This document shows positions 58,501 to 64,000 of a stretch of DNA of 64,000 bases, piece by piece; positions within the stretch are counted from its first letter, which is position 1; the number at the start of each line of letters is the position of its first letter. This DNA comes from Leptogorgia sarmentosa (lineage: Eukaryota): positions 18,972,001 through 19,036,000 of the forward strand of contig OZ210885.1 in assembly GCA_964658305.1 (NCBI GenBank), in the 5' to 3' direction. The notes under the pieces were generated by a model. It did no database searches. It was not told the origin of the DNA and worked only from the letters and a program-made list of their open reading frames with translations. Position numbers and translations under genes: made by a program.

Positions 58501-61500
58501 CTAGATAGATAGATAGTTTATTAACTAAAACATTGCAGCCATAGGCTGAATTACGTTAAGTTTACAAAATTATTATAGCTACTAAGATATAGGTGATAAA
58601 TATAAAATGTGACAAATCTAATTATTGAAGACATGACTAAAGATAAAACTGTTCTTGCAACGTTCAGTCTTGCATTTTGGTAGTTTATATGATCTTTGAC
58701 TCCTAAGAGAGTACATAGGTATGTTCTTTTCAGGCAAAAGTGAGTACAATTTATGGTCTTTGTTTGCTTGGATCTCGGCGAAGAGCTTGGAGGAGATATC
58801 TTCTCTTCTTTCAGATAGTGTGGGTAAACCAGACGCGCAGATGGATTCAGCATAAGACAAATCAGAGTAGATGATCCGAAGAGCACGTCTTTGGAGACGT
58901 TCCAGGTCATCACTCAGATAGGCTGGCAGAGCACAGTGGAAAACTGGGCTGGCATATTCCAAAATCGACCTGATACACGTACAGTAGAATAGAATGAGTT
59001 CTTCCAGGCCAACTCTCCATCTCTTGAGCTGCTTTAAACAAAGACGAGAAGAAGCTTTCTTTACCAGTTCAGATATATGAACGTTCCACTTGAGATCATT
59101 ACTAATGATCAGTCCCAAGATTTTAGCACTGGACACAACTTCAAGGGGCTTGCCATTTACTTCTACTGGGTCATTAGTAGGCTGTTTCTTTGCAAAACAA
59201 ATCCTGATCTCTTTGCACTTGCTTTCGTTAAGTTGGAAGTCGTTAGAGAGAGACTGTCTAGAAAGACAGTCTACAGCAGCTTGAATGTTACTGGTTTGGC
59301 CTTTCTCTTGCACCTCTAAAATTGTGGTGTCGTCGACGTATTTCCACATAGATACTCCTTGAACTCTGAGGTCGTTGATCATTATTAGAAAGAGCCACGG
59401 GCCCAGTTTGGTCCTTTGGGGCACCCCAGCAGGAACAGAAATCCATTCTGAATAGCAGTCGTTCGCAAGCTTGACACGTTGCTTTCGTTTCATCAGAATG
59501 TCTATGATCCAATATAGTACTTGTTGTGGGATGTCATACGCGGACATTTTCTGCATTAGGATGTTGTGGTTAATCAGATCAAAAGCCTTGCGAAAGTCAA
59601 ACAATACAACATGGTTCGTAGCTCTGTTTCCATCAGTAGTCACGTAAAGCTTGTGCGTTATGTTAAGGGCATGCGTTGTACTCGATTTAGGGATCGTGCC
59701 AAATTGGTGAACGTCGATTTTGTTAAGGACAGCAGGTTTTACATAGCTTTCCACGACGTGGTCCTCTGCAATCTTGGAGATAATTGGTGTAAGTGAGATT
59801 GGGCGAAGATGTTTATTTATGTCTTGAATTGGTCTTTGCTTGGGGACCGGGACGACATCTGCTTCTTTCCAGGCAGGGGGTAATCGCCCTTCTCGATAGG
59901 AACAGTTGAGAATATCACATATTGGACAAGCCAGAAGATCGGCATTTTCTTTCAGGAGCCATGCTGGGATTGCGTCAGGGCCTTGCGCTTTAGTTGGATT
60001 GAGCGTCACGAGTTTCTTAAGAGTAGACATTTCAGTCATAAGTGGAAATTCATCAGTGAGGTCCCCCGGTACAGCATGTTGTTGGAGAGGGTTGCAGGTG
60101 AGTAGTTCAAGGTTTTCCATTGGAGTAAAAAAACTTGTATTGATAAAGTTGGCGCAAATCCACATATCACTCAGTTTCTTTACCTCTTTCCACCAGCTAG
60201 ACGGCGAACACTTAAGGTGTTCAACTTTACATTCGTAGTACTTCGCCCGGCAGGTCTTGCGTTCGCGATTAACTCTATTCCTCAGGTGACGAAACTCCTC
60301 TAGATTTCCCTGACTGAGTGCTGATTGACGCTTTCGAATCAGGATTTTTAAGGAGCAGTTGATCCATGGTGGTTTCGGTTGTATGCAAAACTTTCGATTG
60401 CAAGGGTGAAATAAAGTCAAGTCCACTTTTGATGATCGTTTTAAGCAGGGATGTTTTATCTTCACAAGAGTTTGCAGTGTTGATGGTATCGGTGACGTTC
60501 ACTTGATCAAGATACGTCCGCATTGCTAGTCGATTACTGGGTCTCAGATCTCTGAATAGAACAGGGTGTTTAACTTGAGAAGATTTAGGTCGTTGCTTTG
60601 GCTGTACTTCAGCAGAACAGTGATCTGAGAGTCCAAATGCAGGACGCTTGATCAGTGGGTCGTAGTAGGTCTTCAAGTTGGTTAGGATTTTGTCCAATGT
60701 GTTCCCACCGCGAGTTGGAAAGTGAATGATTTGCTTCAAATCAAAATTTGATTTTAACCGCAAATCATTGAGTTGATTTAAGTCGCCTAGTAAGATTATA
60801 CCGCTGTTCGGGTGTTTGGATCGATATCTGATAAACAGCTAATGAGATAGTCAAACATTACAGAGTTGTTTGTTGTTGGTGGATGGTAAACGAGGCCGAT
60901 TATAATATCGGAGATTCCCCTAGGGAGTCGATGTGGTCTTATTTTGATCCATAGCACTTCCAAACCATCGGTCTTATCAGTGAGATCGTCTAAACCGGTG
61001 AAATGGATTAGTTCATTTAGGTATATACATACACCTCCATGGACTGTGGAACTCCTGTCAAGACGAATTAAGTTGTAGCCTTGTATATCCACTGCAGAGT
61101 CTGGAATGTGTTTTTGTAGCCAAGTCTCCGTAATACAAACAATGTAGAAATTTGCATTTATAACAGAGTATGCAAGTTCGTCGATTTTAGGAGCCAGAGA
61201 CATCACGTTAGAGAGGAACATCGATGGGACAAAGTGCTTGTCCTGTCGAACACTTTTATTGGGCTTGCTAGGAATGATATACATGTAGTTTGCAGGATTG
61301 CGAGAGCGGCGATGAACTTTTCCTTTCAAGTTACGCTTCGCTTGGTTTGGTTGAACATGGCGGATTACATAGCATTTAGAAACTTCTCACACTTTCCAGC
61401 TGTTTTCCCTCTGTAACGTTGCCACAGCGTTTTCTTAGCAGTAAAAACATTCTTGATAGTTAAAACTAATGATTGGATAAGTAAGAAGTATAAAATTAAA

Positions 61501-61530
61501 CGTTATTTACAGAGCGCCTGAAACATGCTG
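58501..61530 (-). mobile_element. CR1-group LINE (APE + RT), near full-length ORF2, nested in the L2; (CTAT)n tail
   Basis: APE (SNVMSL..KIDEL, CITETWL, GGVC, YHPP, LGDLN, PTRG.NTLD, SDH) and RT (RPISLT, DFRKAFD, GVPQ.TKLGP, KYVDD) in ORFs 60796-61329, 60275-60763 and 58618-60465. TAGATAGATAGATAG at 58502-58516. Confidence 0.9.
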
Positions 61531-61905
61531 CCATGCGAGGCACATACAAAATTAATGAAACTTGTTTACCAGTGCTGTTGTATCAGTATAGCCAGAGAAA
61601 CATTGCATGTTCCTCTCAACCAAAAGGTTTTTCACAGCTTGAAATAATTTGCCTTGATTGTCCGCATTTTGATGAATGAAGTCAGTGAGAAATTCCGATT
61701 TAGCTACTCTTAGCAAATATGAGTTACACGATTTTTGTTCCTCTTGAATAACTCAAAATCAGCAGCAGTCCCAGAAGACCTCTATTTCCTTTCAGCTCGT
61801 TGATGCTCTCTCTTCGCTACACAAACTTCCTCTGAATACCAAGGCACTTGAGGTCTAATGGTAAAAGTCTTGGTTTTGAGAGGAGCATGGTGATCCAATA
61901 AATCT
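61530..61905 (-). pseudogene. Upstream fragment of the L2-type ORF2
   Basis: LLDHHAPLKTKT...PWYSEEV...AERK, typical of the region between APE and RT. Confidence 0.7.
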
Positions 61906-62130
61906 GCTAGTAATAATAATAATATAAAAACTTTATTAATAGAACATTTATAGATATATACAATTGTAAATCTCACTTCTTGAGGTAACCTACAATTGAC
62001 TACTTGAATCACTTATACATGCATGGTTATAATCTTATACAGGGTGTCTCAAAAAAAAGGTAATCGAACTTTGGCATGCCATTGTGCGTTAATTACTGGG
62101 TGTACGAACGTGATTTTTGCATGGTCATAA

Positions 62131-62290
62131 TGTATCAGTCAAATCCAAGCGTGCCCATCCCCCCGGGCTACTGCGGGGCATTTTCCTGTCAAGCACGTCC
62201 CCGGGGTTGGGCATTTGAACACAAACATTTGCCCGGGGGTGGGGCATTTGAACACAAAATTTGCCCGGGGGTGGGGCATTTGAAACTAAA
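62131..62290. repeat. MITE-like end with CCCGGGG(G)T(G)GGGCATTTGAA repeats
   Basis: Follows TAA, begins TGTATCAGTCAAATCC, three GC-rich direct repeats. No partner end seen. Confidence 0.5.
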
Positions 62291-62986
62291 GATTGAAGGT
62301 TTTACAACCATTGAGGCTGGATAACTTTCTTTGTAGAGCGATCTAGAGCCATAAACCGGGAAAACTAGCTTGTATAAAACAAGTAGTTTTACATTGCCAG
62401 TGTTTATCATAGTTCTTGGAATTGAGTTTCAATTTAATAATATGACGTGCTGTTCGTCCGGCAATTTTATCTTTTACCCCAAAATACCCTTTCCCTAATC
62501 CTAAATATCCCTAATTTTATCCCTAATTTTATCCGTAAATATCCCTGGAATTGCCTATAGCCACTTTGTTAAAGTGCTACTGAATCGAAATTTTGGGTAT
62601 GCGTTTTTTTACATAATCGAATAGTTCAATCTTTCCTGATCAGTATGGTATATTTTTTATAATAATTGAAGAACGGGAACACGGATAATTTTCGCTTCAA
62701 AGTTGGGCTATGCATGCGAATTTTTTCTCTTGAAATATGATGCCGGTGTGACGTAATTAAAAGGACGGAAGTCGATGTATGAGCAAGCTTTGCTATATAT
62801 TTTGTTAGTGTTTTTGTGTATGTTCATGAATAAACACGAGTTTATCGAGCAGAGAAAGCGAACGGAGTTTGGATAACGAGAACTCTGATGCGTGTAGTGA
62901 AAATTTACATACGGATTCGAGCGATGAGGAAACATTGGTCGTGAATTCCGTTGTGAATCCGTATGAAAACGAGCCGCTCGCAAAGC

Positions 62987-63885
62987 CCTATTGGACTTTC
63001 CTTTGAATGATGTTGTAGGTATTTTAGATCTGCTGTATAGCTATGATCATGTATTGTGGGTATTAGGCTTTAGTCCTTTTTGTTATATAGTCTAGGTGTT
63101 TAAAATGTCCAGTCCGTGTTGTAGTGTGGCTAAAAACACGATATTCGCGCAGAGTCTATATTATAAGACTGCCCTACGAGGTGCTTTTTAGGAAGACACG
63201 CATATAGCACAGATACACACATATACATATAAGTTTATACATTCCACGTGCACACAATTAAAAACGTGAAAAATAAAGCTAGAATTAATGTATTAAAAAC
63301 TGTGAAAGGTGCATGGGAGGAAGGTATTGTGGGTATGGTTGTCTAAGTCAAGTGTGAAATATCTATGTATGTATGTTGAGGCCATCATATAATTCAGAGA
63401 GTCTAGGATTACTAGACCTTACTTTTGAAGTATATTGGCGAGAGTTATTTGAGTATAGATACAATCATCCGTGGATAAGTTTTGTATAGTAATGTCACCT
63501 TTTACAGTTTTTAATACATTAATTCTAGCTTTATTTTTCACGTTTTTAATTGTGTGCACGTGGAATGTATAAACTTATATGTATATGTGTGTATCTGTTC
63601 TGTGCTATATGCGTGTCTTCCTAAAAAGCACCTCGTAGGACAGTCTTATAATATAGACCCTGCGCGAATATCGTGTTTTGGCCATTTACAACATACGACG
63701 ACACACTACAACACGGACTGGACATTCTAAACACTTAGAGTCCTAGACTATTTAACAAAAAGGACTAAAGCGTAGTACTCAAAATACATGATCATAGCTA
63801 TACAGCAGATCTAAAATACCTACAACAACATTCAAAGGAAAGTCCATTAGGACTCTTTGATTATCAGTTCAACAATGAACGGGTC
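62987..63885. repeat. Two inverted copies of the dispersed repeat, forming a large palindrome
   Basis: About 62988-63312 is the reverse complement of about 63496-63850, with a spacer of roughly 185 bp. Confidence 0.85.
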
Positions 63886-64000
63886 CCTATTGTGAGTTAC
63901 AGTTTGTCTTATATTAATACGTTGAGGATGTTGCAGCCCTCTTCGAGAGTTTTATGACGCTAAATGTGGTTCACTTTCGTGCGCAGCTTGGTTTTCCTAA

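Overview
This is an AT-rich eukaryotic window with spliceosomal GT-AG introns, probably from a marine invertebrate such as an anthozoan (inferred from its transposon repertoire). It is almost entirely nested transposable elements, and no convincing host gene is present. The larger pieces are two BEL/Pao LTR retrotransposons (one complete, with a 5-bp TSD), an AcademH-type element (DUF6589-like transposase plus RecQ-like helicase) split by a BEL element and by a Kolobok element that itself contains a hAT, three Kolobok remnants (two with KolX/P2X7-ballast-like genes) and three hAT elements (one intact). Also present are an IS3EU-like element with a protein-kinase cargo gene, a maT/DD37D Tc1-mariner with related MITE ends, a Crypton tyrosine-recombinase remnant, several LINEs, a foldback MITE containing a solo LTR, and a minimal hammerhead ribozyme with a MITE in its loop II. 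The most notable item is a ~12-kb DNA transposon (44230-56229) inserted in an L2-type LINE with an apparent 9-bp TSD. It encodes a spliced P-element-like DDE transposase facing a spliced EXO1/XPG-family nuclease gene and a HIRAN-domain exon. All family assignments come from motif reading by eye, not database searches. Boundaries without a TIR or TSD are approximate.
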